From: Octopus sinensis
Lineage: Eukaryota
Assembly (NCBI RefSeq): GCF_006345805.1
Contig: NC_043001.1
Span: 101,928,001 to 101,992,000 of the forward strand
DNA: 64,000 bases
Reading direction: 5' to 3'
Shown here: piece by piece, positions 1-12,405 of the stretch
Position numbering within the stretch: the stretch's first letter is position 1
Layout: each line of letters starts with the position of its first letter
Translations under genes and position numbers: made by a program
Notes under the pieces: model-generated
What the model was told of the DNA's origin: nothing
Database searches by the model: none
Seen by the model: the letters and a program-made list of their open reading frames with translations, nothing else

Positions 1-189
1 TTTCCCCAGTCACCCTACAAAGCCATTAAAAAATCAATAGAAGTGACTTTTTTGTGAACTTTCTATCCAAAACCCAATCAAAATCCTCGAAACTTGATGC
101 ACCAATTGAATGCCAGTTAGCTGGATGTGATTGGTTGGAGATTTGGACAGTACTCATTGCCGGGTCATAGTGCTAGTCTATAATATTCT

Positions 190-535
190 TTATCTTTTAC
201 TTCAGTAATTAGACTGCAGCCATACTGAGGCACCGTCTTGAAGAATCTTTAGTCAAATCAATTTTAAGGTTTGGTACTTATTCTATCAGATCTTTTGCTG
301 AACCACTAAGTTATGGGGGGGAGTTAGCATGCCAACACTTGTTGCCTAGCAGTGGGGGGGGAGCAAGCACACACATATAACAGTCTTCTTGCAGTTTCCT
401 TCTACTAAATCCACTCACAATGCTTTCAGCAGACCAAGGCTATAATAAAAGACATTTATCCAAGTTGTCACACAGAGAGACTGAACCCAGAACCATATGA
501 TTGGAGAAGCAAGCTTCTTACCACACAGCCATGCC
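190..535 (-). mobile_element. tRNA-derived SINE (family B)
   Basis: Reverse complement reads GGCATGGCTGTGTGGTAAGAAGCTTGCT...GGTTCAGTC (A/B-box-like head). Homologous copies at 23430, 29737, 38880 and 41630. Confidence 0.8.
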
Positions 536-1101
536 CACACCTATATTTATGCATGATGTGAGTGGATATTTGCAGCCTTAGAGACAATTATTAGTGTGAA
601 TACAGTTACAAATAAGTGCATAAACATTCTGGATGAGTAGCTTAAGCTTGTGGTTGTTGGAGTTTATTAATCTTTTCCCCAAATTAGCAGAAAGTGGGAT
701 TTTAGGATATGTAAATACCTAGTAAACTTATGTTGAGGGTAGAAATGTTTATTTGATGGAATGAAGAATATCTTTGTTCTTAATCAAGCTTTACTAAGAA
801 TCAGCTTTTACAAATATACGTAATATATATATATATCTATATATATATTTACACACACACACATATATTTCCAAAAATGGTTACGAGGGATATATCAATG
901 CCAGCTGGCCACAGTGAATCCAAATGTCCTTATAAGGACTGAATATTTCCATAGAGAAAATAATGGAATTAATGAATATCAGGAGAAACATATGTAGGTC
1001 TAAGTAACGAACAATGTAAATAACTGAATGATAAACCTTTGATATACAAATCTGTTCTCCTGATCTTCATTAATATCACACACACACACACACACACACA
1101 C

Positions 1102-1134
<33 letters not shown>

Positions 1135-1445
1135 GCACGAATGTAGGTGTCCATATATGTGTATGTCTATACTTGTGTGTGCATATTTGTGTGTATATGT
1201 TTGTATGTAGTTTTGTGTGCATATTTGTGTTGTGGGTGTGTGTGTGAACATGCATGTGTTTGAGTATGAGAGTATGTGTGAGTATTTGTTGAACACTTAG
1301 ATATAAATGTCATTTGTTGAGCAAGGACATAATCATTTCTGGAGAAAATATACATTTTTGCTTAATTTTTGTAGTTTTGTTTTTATTTTTCATTTCTTTA
1401 TCTGATTCTAAAACAGACAAAATCAAATATTTTCTCCATTTTTAA

Positions 1446-2690
1446 TCAGTTTGGCAACGATCTAAATTTCTTGGTCCAAAATGCAATGAATATGAAATTC
1501 TTCCCTCCAATTGGTCTGTTGCTCAGTCGCAGAACTTCCCAGCATCCAATTAAAATTGCACATAGAGATATGCAAATTACAAATATGCAGAAAGTTGTCA
1601 TTTTTATAACAATGATATTTTTTCTCATCATTCTTTTTGTTTTTGCTTACTGTTTTTTAATTTGATTTTTCTTGTTTTTTTTGGCGGGGGGGGGGGGGGG
1701 ATGTTGCATAGAAGAGAAATCTGGAATTTTACAAGAAGAGAATGATGCGTAATATGAGCAAATGTGGTAAAATGCATAACGATTTTATAGGGAGAATTAT
1801 CAAGAAATATTTGTATAAATAAATTTATAAAAAAAAAAACTAAAGTAAAAATAAGGAAACAAATTTTCTATATTCCATGTCTTATTTGTTGATTATGGTG
1901 GCTGTAGTGCTGCTGCTGCTGATGATGGTGGGGATGAGACAGGACTTCCAAGAGGTCCCAGGATAATTGTGTGATGTATACATGGAATAGTCACATGAAT
2001 ACAACAAAATTTATGGAAAAATTCCCAGAAAACTTTTAATATTTTTAGCTGTTTTTTTTTTTTATTTTTTAAAACATGATTTCTATATTTATGTTTTTGT
2101 TTATAATTGTCTTTCAATTTATTTATTCTCAATTTTAACAACAGCAACATGCTGCAATAGAAACAATATAAAATACCGACAACCACAACAACTATATTTC
2201 AATTGGTTTTTACAAAAGGATGAACAAATCCGTAAACTCTCTGTCGTGTTCTTTTCATAATTTTTCTTCAAACAGATTTGCTTGGGACATTTTATTTTTC
2301 CACACTCATAAAATATTTTATGACTCAACTCAATGGTACCTAGCTTTGTAGAACTTTGAAGCAAATGAAGCTGGTTGTTTTCAATAAAAAGAAAATTAAA
2401 ACTAGAAATATAATGAGTGAGTACCAGATATTTTAAGATTAGTTCAAATGGATTTGGCATCTTCAGAGTTAGTCAGAAATAAGTATGCAGTAACAAAAAA
2501 TTTATAAAATTAGTTAATGGCTAAATGTTATGATTTTTCTGTAAGTATGGGAGGTAACTACAGACATTCTTCATCCTTATTCTGATATCATCAGCAAAGC
2601 ATAGATTATCATAGTTGCTGAAGTAAGGATGACAGAATCACAAAGTGAATGTACAAAGTTATAACGCAGAGATTCCATCTCACCTTGTCT
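1446..2690 (-). pseudogene. Possible disrupted class A GPCR (FMRFamide/peptide-receptor-like), TM3-TM7
   Basis: Hydrophobic blocks in GPCR order: CDSVILTSATMIIYALLMISE* (TM3-like), FINFLLLHTYF*LTLKMPNPFE (TM4-like, cf. NIPRFFE), IVVVVVGILYCFYCSMLLLLKLR (TM5-like), KNIIVIKMTTFCIFVICISLCAIL (TM6-like), NFIFIAFWTKKFRSL* (TM7/helix 8-like). Several stops and frameshifts. Confidence 0.35.
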
Positions 2691-3130
2691 GGTCACAAAA
2701 CAAGTTTTTCTAGAAATCAAAACTTTGATTCATTAAACCCTAAACTCTTACCCTCTCTTCACATATAGTCACAAAGATTTTAATCTAAAATTTTCCCTTT
2801 CCGCTAATTTTGGTATTCTTTACACTAAGCAATGGTTTATATTTAGTTAAATTTCTTGAAAACAAATACTGCCAATATTGGCTTAACCTAAAATCATTTA
2901 GTGGTTTAAAAAGTAGATTTTAGTCATTTTAACAAACTAGGTATAATTTACTTTAGCTCTTTAATATAATCAAGAGACCTTTAATGGTAATGCCTTGACA
3001 TGGACATAGTCCAATGAGGGGAAACAGCAAAAGAATAAATTACTGTTATCTCTCCAATACACCTTCTGTCAAATTCTTCTAAATTCTTCAGCTGAACACA
3101 GGAAATAGTTTTAATATTTTTGTATCCAAA

Positions 3131-3350
3131 GGCAGCGAGCTGGCAGAAACAGTAGCACGCTGGGTGAAACGCTTAGCGGTATTTTGTCTTTCTTCAAGTT
3201 CTGAGTTCAAATTCCACCAAGGTCGAATTGCCTTTCATTCTTTTGGCATCAATAAATTAGGTAACATTTGTGTGCTGGGGTCAATCTAATCGACTGGCCC
3301 CTCCTCCAAAAATTTCAGGCCTTGTGTCTAGAGTAGAAAAGAATATTTTT
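3131..3350 (+). mobile_element. tRNA-derived SINE (family A)
   Basis: GGCAGCGAGCTGGCAGAA...GAGTTCAAATTCC...GGTCGA...CCTTTCAT motif, shared with about 9 copies in the window. Confidence 0.85.
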
Positions 3351-3525
3351 GTATCCTGCTATGGATACAATAACATGAAATGTCCATCATTCATAGCAGG
3401 TTGTTTTCAAGGGAATAAGGAGTATCCATTGACCCTTAGATGTGCGCTTATTTGTCTGCAGTTCCTTCTCAAATTAGTGAAGTCAGGATTGTTGAAGTTC
3501 AGCTGACACTTCTCTTGTTGTTTAA

Positions 3526-3747
3526 CCCTTTAGCATTTAAACCGGCCATATCCAGCCAAAAGTATTCTGCCTGTTTTATGTTCAAACTGGCCAGATCTGG
3601 TCTCTCACACCAGCCCCACAATATCGTTTTAAAAATTAACAGCTATCTCATGAAAATCTCATAGCACCAAGATAATGCCTGATTAGTTCAAGGCAATGTG
3701 GATAAAAAAAGGATTAATTTTGGCAGAATAATGCAAACACTAAAGGG
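3526..3747. mobile_element. piggyBac-type MITE
   Basis: TTAA (3522-3525) CCCTTTAG...CTAAAGGG TTAA (3748-3751): TTAA TSD and CCC/GGG termini. Partial inverted copy at about 54620-54700. Confidence 0.75.
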
Positions 3748-3949
3748 TTAAATGTAGAGAAACCTTGGGCAGATGAGGAATTTCAGAGGCTGGTAATTCT
3801 GAGAAGAAATAATTGAGAAAATATTTAATGTTGGGTTTGTGAACAGGAAGGAATGATTGGGAAGAATACAAGGGAATCAAGTCAGTTTGGACAGGGATGG
3901 TTTGCAGCTTAATAGTTCATTGAATCCAAAACCATTATAGCCATGGTGC

Positions 3950-3997
<48 letters not shown>

Positions 3998-4324
3998 GTA
4001 GAAATGGCACATGCTAGTGACTATAGTTTGTTGAGGTAAGGATCTTATAAATTGGGGGATTGGACTTGACTGAGCAACAATACAATGCAATACTGGTACA
4101 AAAAGGCAAATTATTGATGACTTAATATCAAATTGATATAATTTGTTTGGAATCTTCATACCACAGTCTTTTAAGATTGGTAAAAACATTGAATCATTAC
4201 CTTTCTCAAATAAAGTATTGTCCAAAAAAGAATGATAGTAACATCAAGGGCAACAACAAAATAAAGTTATTTTTAACATCAAAAGAGAGAGGCTGAATTA
4301 ATATAAGATAAGACCTGGGATGAG

Positions 4325-4970
4325 GTGGTGACTTGAGAAGACCTGACAAGCCAAGTGAGACCATAGCCCATGGCCTATGCCACTGGGTGTAACCAGCCCA
4401 CTTATGAATATCCCTCATTCATTGGGCAATAAACTTTGCTTGCGAAGAGCTGTTGAGGCAAGTGAAATCAAAATCACTGACATGGTCAATGACAGTACCG
4501 CATGATTGGCACTTGTGCCAGTGGAATGTTAAAAGTACATCCAAGTGTGGTCATTGCCAGAGTCACGGATTGCTCCTGTGTCATTGGCACATAAAAAGCA
4601 CCATTCAAGTGTGATCAATGCCAGCATTACCTTAATGGCACATGTACCGGTGGCACAAGAAAAACAACATTTGAGCATTGCCGTTGCCAGTGCCACCGGA
4701 GTGGCTCCCATGCAGGTAGCACATAAAAAAAACATCTTTTGAGCGTGGTTGTTGTCAGAACCACCTGGCTGGCCCTCATGCCAGAGGCACGTAAAATCAC
4801 TCACTGCACTCTCAGAGTGGTTGGCATTAGGAAGAGCATCAGGCTGTAGAAACTTTGCCAGGTCAGTTTGGAGCCTGGTGCAGCCTTCTGGCTTGCCAGT
4901 CCTCAGTCAAACTGCCCAACCCATGCCAGCATGGAAAGTGGACGTTAAACGACAATGATGATGATGATGA
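4325..4970 (-). mobile_element. SINE-like repeat (family C) with internal tandem subunits
   Basis: Reverse complement starts (CAT)n-CGTTTAACGTCCACTTTCCATGCTGGCATGGGTTGG. Internal repeated GCCACCGG/GTGCTTTTTAT units. Homologues at 5524, 11675, 23620 and 31205. Confidence 0.7.
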
Positions 4971-5523
4971 ACTGGGTGAATAATTAGAACTTTAATTCCT
5001 GTCATATCACAGAAAAAAAACTTTGGTTCAATCTACCTAGCCAATAATTACACAGCTCTACTGCTACAATTCTTTCCTTTCTCAGCTTACCATGGAATTC
5101 CTTTGATACAAAAATGGTTTCTCATTGCCTTCTTTAGACTATTTTTATTATGAATATACCATTATGTCAGCTAGCTATAAGTTCACCTTACCTGCCTCAC
5201 ACTCAGAATGAAAGAGAGATATACCACCAAGGAGTTTGTTCAAAGCCCTGATAATTCTGCCTGTCCACCATCCTTTTATCAACTCCAGAAGGATAAAATG
5301 AAAAGTTGAATTTGATGGGATTTGAAAGAGTGGGAGCATAAACCACAAAATATTTTGGTCAACACTCAATGATTCTATCAATGTGTTGCCTAACCTCTCC
5401 AGCTAATTAATGCCTTTTTATCCAAATTTTTGACAACAAAAGATGTTTATGAAATCCACTGCATGTAGAAAAGCATGAAAATATTACAATAAATGTCCGA
5501 TATTCAAGCAAAATTATTCAAAA

Positions 5524-5875
5524 TCATCATCATCATCATCATCATTTAACATCTGTTTACCATGCTGGTATGGGTTGGATGGTTTCACTGAGGTCTGGAG
5601 AGCCAGCGGCTGCACCAGGCTCCAATTTGATCTGGCAATATTTCTACAGTGAGAGTGTGGTGGATGCTTTTCACATGCCACCGGCACAGGAGCCAGTCAG
5701 GAGGTACTGGCATTGGCCACGTTCAGATAGTGCTTTTTACATGTCACTGGCACAGGGGTCAGTCAGGGAGCACTGGCATCGGGTATGTTCGGATGGTGCT
5801 TTTTACATGCCACCAGTATGGGGGTCAGTCATGCACACCTGGTATCTACCACGTTCGGATGGTGCTTTTTACAAA
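5524..5875 (+). mobile_element. SINE-like repeat (family C)
   Basis: (CAT)n-TTTAACATCTG...CATGGGTTGGA...GCTGCACCAGGCTCC, then about four GTGCTTTT(T)ACATG(C/T)CAC units. Confidence 0.7.
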
Positions 5876-6818
5876 CAAATAATGAGTCACAAACAGTCAA
5901 ATCAAAATATTGCTTTCTAAGCGATTCGTTTTGCTAAGACAGAACATTCAATGAAGTCAACACCTGTATAAGAGAGAAGATATTTTGTGTACCTGGGATT
6001 GTAAGAGGATAAAAGGCAAACTGAAATGAAATTTGACCTGAGAAATATCTGTAAATTCCAACTGGATGAGAGTTTCTTTAAGGCTTCACTGATTCTGCCA
6101 TTTACGGCGCTCTATTCCCGTCAAAATAATAATCCATATTATACTGAAGAAGAAAACTTTGACTTTCTACTGCATCTTCTTAGATGCCACCAGAGAAATC
6201 ATATCTACTTCATCTTCCAATCCGATTCTATGACAAACTGATGGATATGCTACAGGAACCAAAAAAAAATAACAATTAAAAACAGGAAAAACAGGGAAAA
6301 GAAACTGGTAAAATATATGCATATATATGCATATGAGTGCAAATATATACACACATAATATATATATATACATACGTAACATACATACATACATACATAG
6401 ATATATACATATATGCATATATATGCATATGAGTGCAAATATATACATACATAATATATATATATATATACATACGTAACATACATACATACATACATAC
6501 ATACATACATAGATATATGTACATATATGCATATATATGCATATGCATGCACATATTTTTAAAATTTTCATTTTGTTTTGTTTGTTCTTACAGTTTGTGT
6601 GCATGTGTTTGTGTGGGTGTCAAGGGATGATAGCGTGTGTAGGTGTGTATGTGTACCTTGATACAGTTGCAAATATGTTCATATATTTTTATATAAGTAG
6701 ATATGTATATGCATGTATCATCATCCTCATCATGTATGTATATTTATATATATATTTGTGTGTGTGTGTGTGTGTGTGTGTGCGAACGCGTATGTATTTG
6801 TGTATGCATATATATATT

Positions 6819-6854
<36 letters not shown>

Positions 6855-6857
<3 letters not shown>

Positions 6858-7045
6858 TTTACTTAAAGCAGCAGAAAATTCAACAAAACCTTTTACTCTG
6901 AGTTTTCCGTTGCAACGGGAAACTCAGAGTAACAGGTTTTGTTGAATTTTTTCTGCTGCTTTAAATAAAGCATATTACTCTACCACTGGTATTTGAGTAC
7001 TCTTTTTTCCACCTTGTTTCACATTTATGTGTTTACTCCAGTATA
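6855..7045. mobile_element. Penelope-like foldback element, family P1 (near-perfect ~115 bp palindrome plus one-sided extension)
   Basis: Arms 6855-6912 and 6913-6972, centred on CCGTTG|CAACGG. Extension 6973-7045 is the reverse complement of 20334-20402. Flanked by (TA)n. Confidence 0.6.
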
Positions 7046-7060
7046 TATATATATATGCAT

Positions 7061-7106
<46 letters not shown>

Positions 7107-7183
7107 TGATAGAAATGGTAAGACAACAAAAGAATGAAAGAGACCTCGATATTATGTAAATAGAGGAATTTTTTCGATGGCCG

Positions 7184-7244
7184 GATAACTGAAGAGATGG
7201 CGGTGTGGGTTTCCACTCCGACATCCAAAACTCGGAGTTTTATC
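7184..7244 (+). ncRNA. Type I hammerhead ribozyme-like motif (G12>A, probably inactive)
   Basis: Stem I GATAA/TTATC; core CTGAAGA (7189-7195); stem II GATG..CGG.GTGG-GTTT-CCAC.CCG..CATC; AAAAC in place of GAAAC; palindromic stem III ACTC-G-GAGT; GUU triplet at 7237-7239. Confidence 0.6.
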
Positions 7245-7409
7245 ATGGCTACCAAATAATTGTCACATATATATATATAGCTGAAGGATTAAGATTAATC
7301 AAAGGACATAGTAAGTATGTCTACCTGCTGGAAATAACAGTCAAAACTCTTATAGAAATCAACCATCTGCAGGTAAATGGCTAAGACAATCTCTCAACAT
7401 ACATTCAAG

Positions 7410-7443
<34 letters not shown>

Positions 7444-7599
7444 GTATGTGTGTATGCATGCATGTATGTATATAGATATACATACATAAAATACTATACA
7501 TATCATCATCCTCATCGTTTAACGTCCGTTTTCCATGCTAGCATGGGTTGGACGATGTTGCCCAAGCAAAAAGCAAACATTAAATGATGATGATGTATA

Positions 7600-8112
7600 T
7601 GCGTGTGTGTGTGTGTGTGCATTTAAAGAGGTAAATAGATAGACAGATAGATGTGAAAGTGTGTGTGTATATATATATATAGAACTATATATGCATATGT
7701 ATATATATACACACATATATATGTGCACACACATGTATGTATATCTTATCTCTGCATGTATCATCAACCATGTACACAAAACCGGATACAGATACTCATC
7801 CCAACATACATGCATCCTCTCGTGCATGTGCACACATGCATGCATACACACACACATGCATGCACGCACACTCACACACACATGCAAATATATCAGCTTC
7901 AATGAATTTCAAACCTTAAAGCCAAAAGAAACTTTAACACAACCAAAATAATTTACTCATAAACAGATAAATATCATATGTATATATATATATATGTATG
8001 TGTGTATATATGTATATATGTATGTATATATATATATATATGTATGTATGTATATATATGTATGTATATATGTATGTACGTACGTATGTATGTATGTATA
8101 TATATATGTATG

Positions 8113-8143
<31 letters not shown>

Positions 8144-8420
8144 GTAGTTATATATATATATATATGTATATATTTGTGTGTATATATTTGTGTGTGTATA
8201 TATATACACACACATATGTGTGTATATGTGTGTGTATGTATATATATGTATGTGTGTATGCATGCATGTATGTATATAGATATACATACATAAAACACTA
8301 TACATGCACATATATATACATATATACATACATACACATGTATATACATACTGTTTCTCCCATTTGTGTATGCAAAACGAGATAAGCATACCTATATGTG
8401 TGTATTTGTAAATAAGCATG

Positions 8421-8461
<41 letters not shown>

Positions 8462-8480
8462 ATATATATATATATATTTA
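7600..8480. repeat. Compound (TA)/(TG)/(TATG) microsatellite
   Basis: Directly visible; source of the Y/I/C/V-rich ORFs. Confidence 0.95.
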
Positions 8481-8554
8481 TGAATGCACGTATGTAACTA
8501 TATCCACACAACAAATATATAATTTTAAGCTAATAAATGAATAGCAATCATTAT

Positions 8555-8601
8555 CACCAGCACCATCATCATCATCATTATCATTACTATTATTATTATT
8601 A

Positions 8602-8632
<31 letters not shown>

Positions 8633-8690
8633 CATTATTATTATTATTATTAGTAGTAGTAGTAGTAGTAGTAGTAGTGTTATTACTACA
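8555..8690. repeat. (ATC)/(ATT)/(AGT) trinucleotide run
   Basis: Directly visible. Confidence 0.95.
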
Positions 8691-9134
8691 ACATAGATAA
8701 GTATATAGATAGTCGAATGAATAAATCTGGGTAAATTTGTCATGTTCTTAATTGTTTATTATTTCGAAAAAATATTCACCAGAAATTATGACTCAAGAAA
8801 AACAACAACACTTGAAAGTGGAAAGGAAAATTTATCCGGAAAAATTATATGGTATCACCAAATCTGCTCCCTTCATCTTCCACCATAAACATAACTTGAT
8901 GTGAAATCTACCTTGTTTTAAATGTAACACAGCATCAAACACAACTCATAATCTTACCGACCTCAGCAGTTTGTCATCAATGAATGTTATAATTAAATAC
9001 AAGTTTGTTTCTCTTTTTACATTTTATGTCTTTTCATGAATTTATCTATTAAGGTGTATTTTGTGTTGATTTTTTTTTTTTATCATTTTAAAATTGACTT
9101 TAGTTCCTGTGTTATTGATTTTGTCTATCGTTAT

Positions 9135-9321
9135 CACGGACATCATCACCACCACCATCATCATCACCTTCAGCGCTATCATCGTCCTCATCATCATCAT
9201 TATCATCATCACCACCATCATCATCATCATCATCTTCATCGCTATCATCGTCCTCATCATCATCATTATCATCATCACCACCACCATCATCATCATCTTC
9301 ATCACTATCATCGTCCTCATC

Positions 9322-9353
<32 letters not shown>

Positions 9354-9700
9354 TATTGTCATCAGCACCACCACCACCAGACAACCACCACCACCAAGAC
9401 AACCACCACCACCAAGACAACCACCACCACACCCTTCATCATTGTCGTCATCATCATCATTATCATCATCATCATTATTGTCATCAACACCACTACCACC
9501 ACAGATTGTCATCATCACCACTACCACCATCATCAGTGTTGTCATCATCATCTTCATCATTGTTTTCCTCATCATCACTACCAACACTACTACTATCATC
9601 ATTATTATCATCATCATCATCATCATCCTTGCCATCATCATCATCATCATGGCTCTTGCGATCATTATCATCACCATCATCATCATCATCATTTTTTTTA
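9135..9700. repeat. Compound (CAT)/(CAC) trinucleotide satellite with higher-order units
   Basis: CTTCA(G/T)C(G/A)CTATCATCGTCCTC recurs three times at about 63-66 bp spacing; an 18-bp CCACCACCACCAAGACAA-type unit occurs three times. Confidence 0.95.
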
Positions 9701-10472
9701 TGGTTTAGCCAGAAGGAAAGAAACTTTGCAACTTGTCTGAGACTGGTGAGATTGATACAGTTCGTGTTTGTCTCGAAGATGTCTGCAGAAATGGGTGTGG
9801 GACAAAGGATGGGTTGCCAGGCTGCAGAAGAAGGTTTAGGCAAAGATAATAACAGTGGTGAAAGGTGAAGAGGCAGGTGTGTTGGGCGATGGCGATGGAG
9901 GGTAGTATACGAATAGCTAACTCAATGAAGCAAAGGTCCCTGTAGTAGTGGTAGTAAAGTCAGAGGGAGTGGACACCCAAATTCCAAATCTTCCCACTTG
10001 TTCAATTTTCAGTCAATACCAAAGATCAGGCATAAATAAAGACAAAACAAAAAAAAAGGACAAGACTGAACACATTCACCCCCTCCCCACACACACACGA
10101 AAGCACATTGTGCCACTTGACTTGTTGAATTTACATAGCCAACAGCCTAAACTTTGGGCAGAATTATAATTTTTTTCTTCAGACACCAACATGAGTTTAG
10201 AAGCAGGCGTAATTTTATGCTTACATACACACAAATCCCAACCATTAAACCACTGGACTATATACAAACAACTCCTGACTACTCTACCATTTGACATATC
10301 AAATTTAGAGAGTCTTGATTGTTGGGGACTGTCATTAGAAACGTTCACCCAACCATGTCAGCCTTAATTTTAAACCTTTAAAACTAAACAATCTAAAAAA
10401 CTATGAGTGCATTTTCAACTTCTTTTTCCTACATTTCTATCTGTGTGGAATAAAATAAATTTTTTACACACT

Positions 10473-10513
<41 letters not shown>

Positions 10514-11904
10514 CACCTTAACCACAATGGAAAATCTTACTACTTTTAAGAAATATTTATTAATTCCGTATGTGTGGAAGGGGTGTGGAAGTGTGTGTGT
10601 AGCAACATGAATATTCATAAGATGAATGCGTATGTAAGTTTGCATCATCATCAAAGGTCACTGAAGGGCATTTCTGTCTTTCTAAATCAGCCATGCGTTA
10701 CATACCAATTTGAATTTTTATGCTCTTTTGGTACTGCACCCAGTCACCTTAACTATAGCAAATGCTATCTCCTTCACAAACCTCTTTCACCCCAGACTCA
10801 TCACTTTATTATTTATCTTTTTATTCATTTCCTCCATATTTTGTTGTTTTTTTAATTTTATTTTTGTTCTTTTATTTTGTAATTTTATTCATTTAAATCC
10901 CATGGGTATATTTGCTCAAATCTTCGGTAAACAAATCTATAATTAATTTATTTTACTTTTTTATCTTTTGATTTATTTTTTCCTGTGGTTACTTCATCTG
11001 TTTATCTTCATGTTCTTTAATACGCTCCTGATGTAGACATTCTAGTGTCTGTAAAGAGTGCAAGTCTAACAAGTACATCTACCACCAACTATTATATAAT
11101 GAGAAAACTTGCTAAATTGTGCAGAATTCTGATGTTTCGCTTGCCATGATTGATTCTGGTGTGTAGTATGTCCATTGTTACAGCATAATTATATTCATAT
11201 ATATATATATATAAAGGTGGGGCTTCCAAAGGGGTCTCAGGGAGTAGCATCCCTGCCTTCCTGAGCTATTTTCCACCACATTTAAAATTCGTGGTAGAGG
11301 CCTTGGGTTCGGGACCACTCATGTCTAGAAACTGAGGTTGGGGATAAGCAAGAGCATGCTCCCTGTGGAAAATCCAGCTCCAAAAAAGCCTCATGATAGC
11401 AAAGGAGAATGGGCACCAGCCAGCCCAAAGTTTAGGGTGGGCTGTACCTGCCTACCTCAGTTACTATTGCATTGATGTAGATCCGGTCACCCCCATTAAC
11501 GAGGACAAAACCCAGATTTAAAACACTGGATGATGATGATCTATATATGTTTTGGTTGATGTAATGTCCCTGGTGTACCAAGACACAGATTACAAAAAAA
11601 CTGTCAACAAATGGAATAATCATCTATTCTCTTATTTGATTAATTTATATATACACCCCACTATTGTTTATCATCACCCCATCATCATCATCATCATTTA
11701 ACGTCTGTTGGCCATGCAAGCATGAATGCTTTTACACAGCACTGTATGGGCACTTTTACACAGTTCCACACAGTTGCTTTTTTGTAGAGCTGCACAGGCA
11801 CTTTTACATGGTGTCACACAAACATTTTTATGTGACACCACAAAAGCTTTTTACATGACACTAGCAAAAGACTCTTGCAGATCAGTCCTTGCCACTGGGT
11901 GGCG

Positions 11905-12405
11905 GGGGGGGGGGGAACCGGTCTTAACACTTCTCCTGCAGAGTACAGGTCTTCTTGAGTACAGCCAGGTACTAGGTATCTCAGTTCTCTGTCATCTCGC
12001 CTGAAAGGGTTTCTGTCCTGAAGTTGTTCTTTAACATTTTGTCCCATGTCTTCCCGGGTCTCCCTCTTCCATGTGTTCCATCTCCTTTGAGAGATCAACA
12101 TTTCTTTATGGAGCTGTCAGCATCCATCCATATCACATGACCAAACAAGCGCAGTCTTCTCTCTTGCATACAGCAACCAATTCCTCTTATGTCTAACTTC
12201 TCTCTCAAAGCACTCACATTCTGTCAAACATGTACACCTACATTACACATTCAGCAAAGCATACTAGCCTCATTCCTCTCTAACCCTTGCATGTCCTCTG
12301 CATTCAGGGCCCATCTCTCACTACCATGTAGAACTGCTGTCCATATACATGCATCATATAATCTTCTTTTCACTTGGAAGGAGAAACCTTTCATGACCAA
12401 CAGAG
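11905..12405 (-). mobile_element. RTE-clade LINE 3' fragment
   Basis: ELLPLLVMKGFSFQVKRRLYDACIWTAVLHGSERWAL...ERRLRLFGHVIWM, matching the RTE post-RT YGSETW/RLRWFGHV region. Confidence 0.8.

Noticed and set aside
969-1355. Y/I/C/V/H/T-rich ORFs here and at 6.2-8.4, 16.2-16.6, 18.4-19.3, 27.9-29.1 and 53.3-55.7 kb
   Set aside because: Translations of (TA)/(CA)/(TATG) microsatellites, open in many frames.
5990-6250. Minus-strand FSIIWIIILTGIERRKW resembling a GPCR TM3, after a good acceptor
   Set aside because: All three frames after the acceptor contain stops, and no further TM context is present.
9036-9868. Poly-His/Met/Ile/Asp ORFs suggesting a cephalopod His-rich structural protein
   Set aside because: Pure (CAT)n-derived and open on both strands; lacks the Gly-His repeat pattern of beak His-rich proteins.
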